A stretch of DNA of 64,000 nt from Callorhinchus milii (Eukaryota), in assembly GCF_018977255.1 (NCBI RefSeq), contig NW_024704750.1, positions 4,092,001-4,156,000 of the forward strand, given 5' to 3'. Each line of letters opens with the position of its first letter. Positions within the stretch are counted from its first letter, which is position 1. The translations under genes were made by a program, and so were the position numbers. The notes below the pieces were generated by a model. It did not search any database, was not told where the DNA came from, and worked only from the letters and a program-made list of their open reading frames with translations. Positions 36,635-48,200 of the stretch are shown here, in pieces.

Positions 36635-36875
36635 GTACATCCTTCGGATGAAATGTTAAACCAAGTTCAGGTAGATATTAAAGATCCCATGGGACTATTC
36701 AAAAAGAAAAGTGAGTTTCTCCAGGTTTCCTGGCCAGCCACCCCCAAATAAAACTGGTTACGTTGCTGTGCACAGTTGTGGCCGCCTTTTCATCTCACAG
36801 TAAATACTGTGAAGCGCTTTGAGACATCCTTGACGTCATAAGACATTATACCAAATGCAAGGATTATTATTAAGA
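36635..36875 (+). mobile_element. Deu-domain-like SINE fragment
   Basis: ttcggatgaaatgttaaacc..ttcaggtagatattaaagatcccatgggactattc..gtttcctggcca matches the Deu-type central domain, followed by the L2-like tail. Confidence 0.6.
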
Positions 36876-38239
36876 TATATTTGTAACATATATTGGAATC
36901 ATTGTAAAGTCGAAGAACAACTTGCGTTTATATAGGGCCTTTCATGGTAGATAGCATATTGGAGGTCTTAACAGTGGTGGAGCTTGACACTGAGCCTGGG
37001 AGAGGGGATAGTGACCATTAGCACAGTCGAAAGAAAGGTCTTCAGGTGGTTAAGGAGGGGGCAAGGTGGCGAGATTGAGGGAGAGTTCGCTAGTTTCGGG
37101 GTGTAGTATACTAATGTACCAAAAACTGGTTTATGTGAATTTAAATGGAAGAAATATATTTCTTAGGTAAAAACTTGTAATGCATTTTTTTTGAATGAAA
37201 GTGGTCGTGTGTGTGTTGTTGTGTGGCAGATTAGATTTTAGTCAGGAAGGTGTAAGTCTGAAATGTACGCTGTTAATGGCTGTTGTCATTTTCATACTCC
37301 TATCCTCCTATCACACTTGCTCAGTTATTTGTCTTTCCTCCGCATTAATTTCATTAGTAATTTGATATTTTTAGCCAGCTATGGTTTCAAAGGGTTTAAT
37401 TTCTGATGCTGATCAATACTGTGCTAACTACCTAATGTTGAATTGGCTGCCCATTCCTGATATCCTCTAATTTCTTGGAAACATGTTTTTAAATCTCTTG
37501 ATCATAACTTGCTTCTAGTTTACTCATAACTTAAGTGAACTAACCTGCTTCTAATTACATTATCCTCAAGCTTTTTTTAATAGCTGATCATTTCAGTTCT
37601 CTTTTGGATAGTTTTTAACCCAAGGGTGTCCTTGATTTCTACCAGAGTTGAACATTTTGCAAGATGTATCCCTTTATCTGGTTTGCTAGGAACAAATATT
37701 TAACAGTAAACATAAGCAATCCAAAGGTTTTTTGTGGAGTTTAGATTGTGACATTCCTGTTTTATCTGATGTGTAACATTGCGGTATTTATGCCATATAT
37801 TTATGAGGTTTTTTTTAAAGTTGGTAGTGTAAACTTAATTATTATATTCAATGCAACATGAAGCTGGAAACTTAATACTCTGCCCTACTACAACAATCTC
37901 TTGTAACCCTCCTCCCCCTGCTCCATCAACATGATAATAATAATTATTATTATAACTCTGACCTGCTTTCATGTTCCCTACCTCCTTCAGCCTCTCCCCC
38001 CACCCCCCCGTAAGGAACTCTCTCTCTGATTGCAAAGCCCATCTAAAGATCTTTTTGCCCTTTGGCTACCTACCCCCTCCTGCCTCCTTCCCATCTCAGG
38101 CTCCCTCTCAGTCTTTAGAAAAGTGTTTTAAGACGTGGCCCCCGCTCCCATCATGTGAAAGGTGCATTATAAGGTTGTATAAACACAGATTGTAGTTACA
38201 CAAATTGTGTTGGGGAGTCACACGACTTGTCCAAGCCAT

Positions 38240-38365
38240 TCTGCTTGGGAAAGACAAGTTTGCAGGACTATGGGGAGAGAGCGGGGGAGTGGGATTGATT
38301 TGGATAGCGCAGACACGATGGGCTGAAGGGCCTCCTTCTGTGCTGCATAATTCTACGATTCTACT
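38240..38365 (+). mobile_element. CR1 LINE 3' end
   Basis: ctatggggagagagcgggggagtggg...gatgggctgaagggcctccttctgtgctgcataattctacgattcta has the CR1 tail pattern with (ATTCTRYG)n. Confidence 0.65.
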
Positions 38366-39139
38366 CATTACCCTAACGGGAGGAGATTTACACGGGGACA
38401 GCTTGCTCCTCCCTGTTCCCTCAGCTAATCAGTATCGCAAAGATAAATAAATTGTATTTTTGTTTTGAGTAAAGGAAATAAAGCAGAATGCAACAACAAC
38501 TTGCATTTATAGTAGCGCCTTTCACGTCGGGGAGGGCGGCCGAGGGATTTGGACACAATCGGGATGAATTTTTCTTTGAGGTGAGCAAACGCTGAGTGAG
38601 GGGGTTTGCGTCGCAGCTGGAAGCCGAGACACTGCACATTAGTCATGTTAAAATTAGTAATGTTAAAATTAGTAATGTTAAAATTAGTAATTAGAATGAC
38701 ATTGTCATTCCATCTGACAGTAATTGCCGCGAAGCACTTTGAGGCATCCTTCCACCGCGATAAGGCCTTGTGCCGAACGCAGGGTCTTCGTTATTATCCC
38801 CGGGCCACCACCGACTGCCACCGCTCGGCTGGCTCCGGCCTCCTGGGTGTCCATCGTACCCTCCGCCCCAACCATCAGCGGCCACACTTCCAGCCCCTAC
38901 GCCACCAAACTCCAGCCTTGCCCCCCCCCCCCTTCTCCTCCCCCATTAAGACCGTCCTCTTCGACCGTGGCTCTGGTCAGCTGCCCCCCCGGGCTTGGGT
39001 GGGTCCTGCTCCAGCAGTGTGAAGCGCTGTGAGTCGCTGCCCCGTCGTGGCCGCACACAGTGGGAGCGAGGTACAGAAATGCAAGTTGTTGTTGTGGTGG
39101 TGGTGGTGGTGACGGTGGTGGTCGTCGCATTGAGTCACT

Positions 39140-39265
39140 GAGCGGCGGGGGCGGGGCGGGGGCGGGGCGTGGTGTGTGGGCGGGGCTGCGCGTTGACGCA
39201 ACACGTCAGTAGGCGGCGGGTGGATTTGAACGCGGCGGCGCGAGGCCCCGCCCCCCCGGGCGGCG
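39140..39265 (+). promoter_or_regulatory. FANCM CpG-island promoter with CDE/CHR-like element
   Basis: Multiple GC boxes, CRE-like TTGACGCAA and CACGTCA, and GGCGGG-TGGA-TTTGAA at 39215-39230. Confidence 0.65.
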
Positions 39266-42200
39266 ATGAGCGGCGCGAGGCAGCGCACGCTATACCAGAG
39301 CTGGGGCTCGAGCGGCCCGGGGACCAACGGCCGCCAGCCCCGGCCTACTGCCAGGGAGAAGCCTGGACCCTCGGCCGCCGCCGCCGCCGCCTCCGCCGCC
39401 TCTCGGGACGGCTTCGAGGACGAGGAGGATGACGACTTGCTCCTGGTGGCCGCCGCGTCCGAGGCCGAGCGAAGCCTGCGTTCGGGGCCCGGCGTCGAGC
39501 CGCCGCCGCCCTCCGGCTTCGACCTGTCCTCGGGCGACGTGTGGATTTACCCCACCAACTACCCGGTGCGGGAGTACCAGCTGAGCATGGCCCGGGCCGC
39601 CCTCACGCGCAACACGCTGGTCTGCCTGCCCACCGGCCTCGGCAAGACCTTCATCGCCGCCGTGCTCATGTACAACTACTACCGCTGGTTCCCCTCGGCC
39701 AAGATCGTCTTCATGGCCCCCACCAAACCGCTGGTCGCTCAGCAGATCGAAGCCTGTTACAAGGTCATGGGCATCCCGCAGGAGCACATGGCGGAGATGA
39801 CCGGTAACTCCACACACACACACACACACACACACACTTAACTGCTATAATAATAATCATAATCCTCGCATTTGATAAAGCGCTTTTCACGTCGGGAGGA
39901 CGTCCCGAAGCGCTTCACAGAACACGCCGGTCGAGTTGAATCGACTGTACGTTTGTGGGCGAACGCAGCGGCCGATTGCGCACAGCGATGTCCCACAGAC
40001 CGTCGCGGATTGAAAGTGACCGATTTATTATCGTGTTGGGGTTTTTGGAGGGATTGTTATGTTTCGGGCTCCGTGTGGAGTAAAGGGAACTTGCCCGAGG
40101 TTTGGCCCTGACCTGCCGGGGATTGAACTCGGGTCTCTCGCTCGCAAAGCGAGCGCTCTAACCACTGAGCTACAGGACTCCACTTCTCACAGCTGTCTCC
40201 CGGTGCTTCTCCGAATCTTACTGCAAAGTGGATTGATTGCATATTTTCCGCCACAACAACTGGCTCTGCTCTGCAGTACCTTTCACGTGGGATTTCACTA
40301 CTCCCCAATTGCTCTACAGTTTAAATGAATTCGGATCCGCGAGCGCTTCCCGATCAAATAGGGCGCTGCCCCTGCAAATGCTGTTTCTGTAACTGGCTAC
40401 GAGGAGCTGACCGGAGTTGTTTGTGCCCACGCCCTTGTATAAAATTAAATATGTTGAAATTGATTCAATATCTGGCTGAATGTGCAATGATTTCACAGGG
40501 CAGACGTCGGCAATGGATCGCCAGAGTATCTGGGACTCCAAACGAGTTTTCTTCCTAACGCCGCAGGTTATGGTGAATGACCTTTCTCGTGGGACTTGCT
40601 CTGCAGTTGAGGTGAAGTGTTTGGTGGTTGATGAAGCTCATAAAGCACTAGGAAACCATGCTTACTGCCAGGTATGGTACTGTAAAGAACGTCTTGCCTC
40701 CCTATCTCTATCTCCGACCTGCTTATACCACAACCTGGTGCCTCTACTTGACTGACTCCAGCCTTCTGCATGTCCTTCGTGCCCTCCATTCCATCATTGG
40801 CGGCTGCGCTTTCAGCCACTACGCCCTAAAGCTCTGGAACACTCTTCCTCTATCCCTCCACCTTGCCCCTTCCTTTCCCATCTTCAGGTGGTGCCTGAAG
40901 TCTTTCCTCTTCGACCTTGCCTTCAGACACCTCCCTCTCTTCTTGACATGGCATCGTACTCTGCCACTGTCAAGCGCTCTGGGATGCTACCCTGCATGAA
41001 GGATGCTATATAAATGCAGGTTGTTGTTGTCTTAGCAATTCTCGTGTTTTTCATCAGAAATTTACAATATTGTTTTACTTGTTTTATTTCTCTTTTCAAA
41101 GGTTGTGAAGATGCTGTGTAACTATACACGTCAGTTCCGTGTTTTGGCTTTGAGCGCGACACCAGGCAGTGACTTAAAGGTCTGTTATCAAAGGTTTATC
41201 TGTACATACGCAAAATGTATGACTTTTTCCTCCCATCTTCACTATTATGAAGAACTGCAAGCTTAGAATTATGACTACCGCTATACACAGGGGAAGCACT
41301 GTATTGTCAGCTGTGCAGTTCTTCAGTTGAATCAAGGTCCTAATGTCACTATTCCAAATGAGGATGAAACTCGTCTATGTAACATCCTAGTGGGTTACTA
41401 TTTTAGATTAACGAAAAGTACCCTGAATTCAATGGGTCTAAGTGAATTCTTCACCGTGTTCAGTGTGCATTGACAGGCATGTAATTATTTAATGTTGTAA
41501 TTACAGGCTGTACAGCAAGTCCTTTCAAACCTGTTGATTGCACATCTAGAGATCCGATCTGAGGATTCCCTGGATATTCAGGCCTATTCCCACCATCGAC
41601 AGATAGAGAAGATTGTTGTTCACCTAGGAATTGAGCTGAGTGGTATCCAATCGTTATACTTGGAGGTAGGTGCCCCATTTCCCTTCGAGAATGAGGTAAA
41701 ACTGCACTAAAAGATAATCCTGGCTTAGGCTCCAAGGTAACAGTTGTTCCATTTGGTTTGTCAGGATTCAAGCTGTTAGTGAAGTTCATAAAAGTTTAGT
41801 TTCAATGTATTTTTTTTCAATCGTTCAGTTGTACTTTCAAGCAATATTTTCAGCCTTCTTTTATGTGGTTAATTATGTCCTCTTTATTATTGTGATAGTT
41901 TAATTAGATTTATTGCAAAGCGTGTTTTTGATGTATTAACGTGTCAGCCTGGCTTGGTAAACTGCACTCTCACCTTTGAGTCAGAAGGTTGTGTGGCTTC
42001 AAGTCCCATGTTTGGACTTGAACCCACAACATAGTTGGCACATAGTCTAAGATGACATTCCAATGAAGTACATGTGATGTTTTACATTGTCAGAGGTGCA
42101 ATTCTTCAGATGTTAAACAGAGGTTCTGTCTTCTGTTCAGGTGAATGTTAAAGATCCCATAATACTACTGGAAAAGAGAAGGGAATTTACCCAATAAAAA

Positions 42201-45200
42201 GTTGGAAGGGGGAGTGGTGGGGGAGATCAGATTTACGCATGTTGCTTTGGCTTTTGTTAGTAATTGTCCTGTTTACTCAAATAAATTGGGAGTGAAATCA
42301 GAAATATCTGCAAAATACTTGATAAAATATTTATTCCGACAATATTGCAGTACACAAAATAGAATGTCAGTCACAAAACAAGACGAGTCGTACAGTTCTG
42401 TCAATGAAAAGGAATGCCTATTACAAAGCTTAGTTATAACTGCATATCTGACGTTTATCTTAGATGAAATATTTTCTTCACCAAAATGTAATTTCAAATA
42501 TATTTTTATATTCTTTCCTTATATCTCTAAATAGATTTGAGCGTTTACTGCAGGCCGTGAAATACAATAAAGGCTACAACTGGGGTTCTAGCATTTTTAC
42601 TTTTCAGGTACAAGAATAGTCAGCTTCACAGCAAACAAAAATAGTATTGGTGCACGTTATTTAAAAGTATACTGCACTTGACTAACAGTGGCATAACGAG
42701 CATCCTGCAAAACAATATGCTAGAATGTGCTCGTTGGTGAGCTGGTTAAATATGTTTGAACTATTTCCCAAGACGTTCTATTCCCCAATTTATTACAATA
42801 AAAATCTTCAATCAGGAAAAATAAGTTCCTGCGACATTACCAGAGGCATGACATTTTGTGGCAATACAGGAATTGCTTCCAGATCAAAGTGCTTTTTCAA
42901 CTATGGCTGCAATAGCAGTTTTGTTTTTACGTGCACTGTAGTGAAAACATACATGGAACTGACATCACTGGACTGAGCAACTGAAGAGTTCCACCATCAT
43001 AGTGAATTGTTTAATTGCAATTCACTTGCTCTAAGCTTCCCCAGCAACTGGAATATTTTAGTGTAAAGCTTTCTTCACAGAGGAGAATGCACTTCAGCCT
43101 CTTAATTTGGTTCCTGCCATGTTTTTCACTTCAGTTCTACAATGTAAAGAGGCCAGAGGGGTGGGGGTGTTTTTTGTTGAAGATTTGTTCTTACACCAGT
43201 CAACCTTACCTTCATCTCACTTTATAAAACAATTATCAATACAAAGCATGACAAATATTAGCAAATAAATGTTTCAGCGTATAAATACATTAAAACTAGC
43301 AAGTTGTATCAGTCGGAACCATAACATTTAATATGACTTGTGCAAACAAGTTGCAGGCAAACTGTCTAAGTAGTATAAAATCTGATTTAATCAATAATTT
43401 ACACTGCAAATGTGTAATTCAATGGGACTCGGTGATTATATGACTTAGGCGATTATACGATTTATAAAGATAAGACTTGTGCGAGTTTTACTGTATCTCC
43501 TTAGAAACCTTTTTACGCACAGATGTTTAACATCAGCATGAACTATATTGCAATTCTAATGGACCACTATTACCATTCATATGTTCAATAAAGCAACAAG
43601 AAAAGCAGATACATGAAAGGATTTTCATGATTCTCTGTAAAGGACAGACTTGAATTAATGCAATCCATATTAAATTGTGGTTGTGAGTTATTTTTATTTT
43701 GCAGTGCATTTTCAATGTACTGACAGCTATTTCAGAAGTATTCTAAACAAAGTAATATCTGTAGAGTATTTGTGGATTTAAAAAATAGTTTAACATATTA
43801 ATCAAACCAGACATGGAGTGTTTGTGGTTTCTGGGTTAAGTTAACAGAGTAGCATTTGCAGATTGGGAAAAACATTTCAAGCTTTGACTGTTTTCCTCCT
43901 GCATATCCTGCTATGTGAACCACTGAAATTGAATTGATTGTCCTATATTCAAAAATATACCACTAGGGTACAAATAGGGAAGGGGGGAAACAATTAAGAA
44001 ATTGTCATAGACAGTGGTGCAGCGTGCTTGTCCAACCCAATGGCCTACTTCTCCGATTGGGCAATGATCATTAGAAAATTGCCATTATGGCTATAACTTT
44101 ATACAATAAGGGGAGAGGCCAAGAACAAAGGTATTTCTTCATATATCTACCTGCTGTGTGGCACTTCATCAGCTACTTGTGCCCTATAAAAAGAATGTAC
44201 TCTGTGTAATCCAGAAATTGTAGGTAGGACATGTAATATTGCTGAAGGGTGATTATGTGAACCACTGAAATTGAATTGATTGTCCTACATTCAAAAATGT
44301 ACCACTAGGATACAAATGGGGAAGGGGGAAAAGAATTAAGAAGTTGTCAGACAACTATTGTAGCCTATCCATTGTAATTAAGAGTTTAAAAAGTCCAATG
44401 AAATATCACTGATTTAATGTGCAAGACAAATTAAAAAACAAATTGTGTAGATAAAATGACTATTTTGCTGAATGTCCAAATGTGCTGTCACGAACAGTAA
44501 CCAGCAGTGGCTAAAAATCTAAATTGAACAGATTATTCAGTGGAACAGTGGTTTTGGAATATGTCTTAGATTTTCCACTTTAAACTTTTACATGCATGTG
44601 ATTGTCTATTCTATGATTTGGTCTTGAATTAAATTTAACCTCATGCTCAAGTTACAAAATCACTTTCACAAAATGGATCATTATTCTTTTATACGAATGA
44701 TCATTCTGCATTCCATTATCCAGTACATGATCACGGTCTCTGTATAAACCATATCTCATTCTGGTGATTGGGAGCAGCAGGATTGGAGTATCTAGCAATA
44801 ATAAAGGTATCCTGCAGCAACGGCTCTGGATTGTCCAGATATTCTGCTAACTGGTTTATTTCTTGTAGAATCGAGTCTTCATTCGTGACGCCATTAAAAG
44901 GCCTGAATGCAAAAATGTATTATAATTTTTTTGTATAGGTTATTGGAAGGACCACTAAAGTATTTTAAAATGCACATTCTGGATATATATTTTTATGTTT
45001 AGAAACAGGAAGAAATTGGGGAGGGGGGGGGGGAAATGGCACAAATAGTGAAATTTGGTGAACACTGGGATTTATTTTAGAGCATTAAAACAAAACATCA
45101 AAACAGGAAATATTTCTTTATCAGGATGGTAATTGGAAACCAGTTACCAGGAAGGGTAGTTTGCTGGTAACGCAGCTTGATACTGTGATGGGAGGGTGAG

Positions 45201-48200
45201 ACTACCCCGCAGGAAGGGTGCTATATAAGTGCAAGTTGTGTGAATATTCTGAAGGATGAGATCAAAGCGGCTGAAGGGTCTTCGTCTGAATCTCTCTGAT
45301 TAATTCACACACATTGGTTGACAAAATATTAATCAACACAATGTATTAAATGCACACTTTTTGGGTTTAAGATTCTTACCTGGTATAAACAATGTTAGCA
45401 GGCCACTCCTCTATCTGAATGTCTGCTACTGACGGCTGTGGAATCTGATCTTGAAACTGTCCAGGCAGATGGTAAGCTACAGTAACTGTAGACAGCAGTT
45501 CTGACCGGGACTGGTTGGTACGCACTATGGTAACAATGGGGAGAGTCATCCCCAGATAGAGACCTGAAGAAATAACACATCAAAAATCATTGTGTCCACC
45601 CTTAAAGGATCTACAGCAAATTCAAAACCCTTTTTGACTTCCTCCTCTCAGAATGGTGCAAATAACTTTTAAGATATTTCTCTAGTTTTAAAAACAAACT
45701 CTGTTCTGTTTAAGAAGTTACTGAAAAGAAATGCAGAATAGCAACATTTTAAATACATATACCATCACATTTAACAGCATCTTATTGTAATACATATGGT
45801 CAATTCAATTATACATGTTTGATTTCCATTGTTCAATGTTGTGTAAGAAACAATTAAATATAGAAGGCCTATGTGCATATATAATAATAATCCTAATGTT
45901 TATGTACACAGCCATCCCTCTCCTCGCAAAATGTTCATTTAACATAATTGCATTTTTTGTAAATTCATGAATTGGTTTTGTTGTTTTGAGAAATCAATGT
46001 TTTTAGAATCTAAACAATTCTTGAGTACCTTCAGCAATTTTAAATTGAAATACAACCAATTGGCAGATTACAATCAACACCTGATTTTTTTGTATGTTTA
46101 TCACTTTGCATTGTCTGGACTGTAGGTATCTAGAAATAATCTGCCATTTGTGTGAGTTACCTGATGAGTTTTGCCCACAGATGTATCTCATCAGTTTCAT
46201 AAATCCCAGGCACGTGGCCTGCTCGTAATTGCCTTCATCCAGGTTGACACAAGCCCATTTAGCCTTTTCATATCGACGCTTTTCATACAGTACTTGGTCA
46301 CACTGAAAAATTAACGTGAGAAATAAATGAGCAATTCTAGCAGTATACATTTGTAGAAATAGCATAAACTCGATATGGCAAATGGCTCCTGTGCTAAACA
46401 CTGTATCTCATAGTTTTTACTATTTGGAACTTATAATGTAATAATGGTCTGCCAAGTCCTTTAGCAAAGAGCGTGAATTTTACTCATTACCTTTTTCTTT
46501 TGACTTATTTGTGCGAATGGTACCATCTCTCTGTCTTGAGGCTGGTTATTTCTTGTCAACTGTTGGATTGGTTCTGCCATTTCTAGTAACACAAGAGTAA
46601 AGGAAAACATTAATTTCAATAAGTTTATGAATGCTGTGTAATCAAACACTTGAATTTTCAAATCAAAAGGAGTCTTAAATCTAGAAATAACATGTGTTTG
46701 AAACCCAGGCTCGGACAGGCCATTTGCAGAATGACACTGATCCAAAATTGATCTGCCATACAAATAGTTGCAGGATTTAGTTACAAATCTGAAGTGCATT
46801 AGTGAAACTGAATGTGTAAAATTTCGCAATGATTAAAAACAAATACTACATTCATATTTTATTCTTTAACAAAGAGAAGTCAAATGCATTGCTGGGCATG
46901 AGCTTGTGTCTGAAATCCTTACCACATGAGTTGGTAGTTAGTCTCAATTGAGCTCTGCAAGTATCTCTCGACTGGGCGGAAGACTCCCCTGAGGAAATTC
47001 CTGTGTTCTTCAAGAGGATTGTTAGAACCGGATGTGATAAGTTACTTTGCCCTGTCTTGGGTAAGGAACAAACCAGCGATAGGGATATTTTTTTTAATGT
47101 GTGGTTGCACTAATTCTGCTCCTGCCACTCATGCTGTTTTTTTTTCTTTGTCGTCCTCCCCCTCCTCCATTTTCACCTCATGCCTCAAAGCATGTGACTG
47201 TTTTTTCCTTCTACTGGGATGTTTTAATGAGCCAGATGCTTTCTGAAATCTTGCACAAGTGAGTATTTCTCAACTGTGTGTTGACCGGCTTCTTGACTGT
47301 ATGGGCATTAAGGGAGAACAGGGGGCAGATACCTTGGCTATAAAGGCAAAATCAGTTGAGATGTTTAAGAGGGCTGCACATAGTTTCCTGGTAAATTAGG
47401 CTATTAAAAGGTTTGGAGAAAAAATGTGTGGAAATTGCTATTGCTGCTACGTTTATGCACAGAAATTTATTTTTGTGCAGACTCCAGTGTTTGTGCCACT
47501 CGGAAAACCAAAGGAGCAGTTGTGGATAAACGTTCTCCTAGTCTACACAAAGTATTTTTATATGGCAAACTGGAAAACTATTGATCTATTTGTTAGGTCA
47601 GGATATTAAGGGATACGGGGCAAGGGCAGATAATTGGACTTGAAGTACAGATCAGCCATGATCTTATAGAATGGCAGAACAGGCTCTAGGGGCTGAATGA
47701 CCTACTCCTGTTTTGATGTTTCTAAGGTTCCTTACACTCCTGCAGTTCTCTCTTCTCATCACTTAGTGATGCTGTGAACCAGCTGAGGACTGCTCCGCAC
47801 TGTACTAGATTCGTGGGTGTCACAATAATAGTTTGAAAATTGTGGTAAGACAAGATAGTGCAATTTGAGAAGTTGGAAAATTAATCAGGGCTTGATATAT
47901 CACCCTTCCGAATTATTGCCAGCGCAGAAACCTGAGAAAGAAGAGAGAACTAAACTGCAGGAGTGTAAGGAACCTTAGAAACATCAAAACAGGAGTAGAA
48001 ACCTGATTACGGCATGCTGCAATCGGTCTGCTTTCTCACCGGAAAACACATTTGCTTCTCTTGGACAAGAAAATTTGCAAACATCTTTTAATATGTAAAA
48101 ACATATACTGTTCATAGGGAATATGCATCTACTTTTCCACCAATTGTTAACAGATTTTCTACCATCACTCAGTTGAAGAACATGTGAGATCTTAAAAATC

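Noticed and set aside
38646-38692. Triple 15-mer tgttaaaattagtaa (and a 22-bp tandem at 17620-17667)
   Set aside because: Small slippage duplications with no evidence of function.
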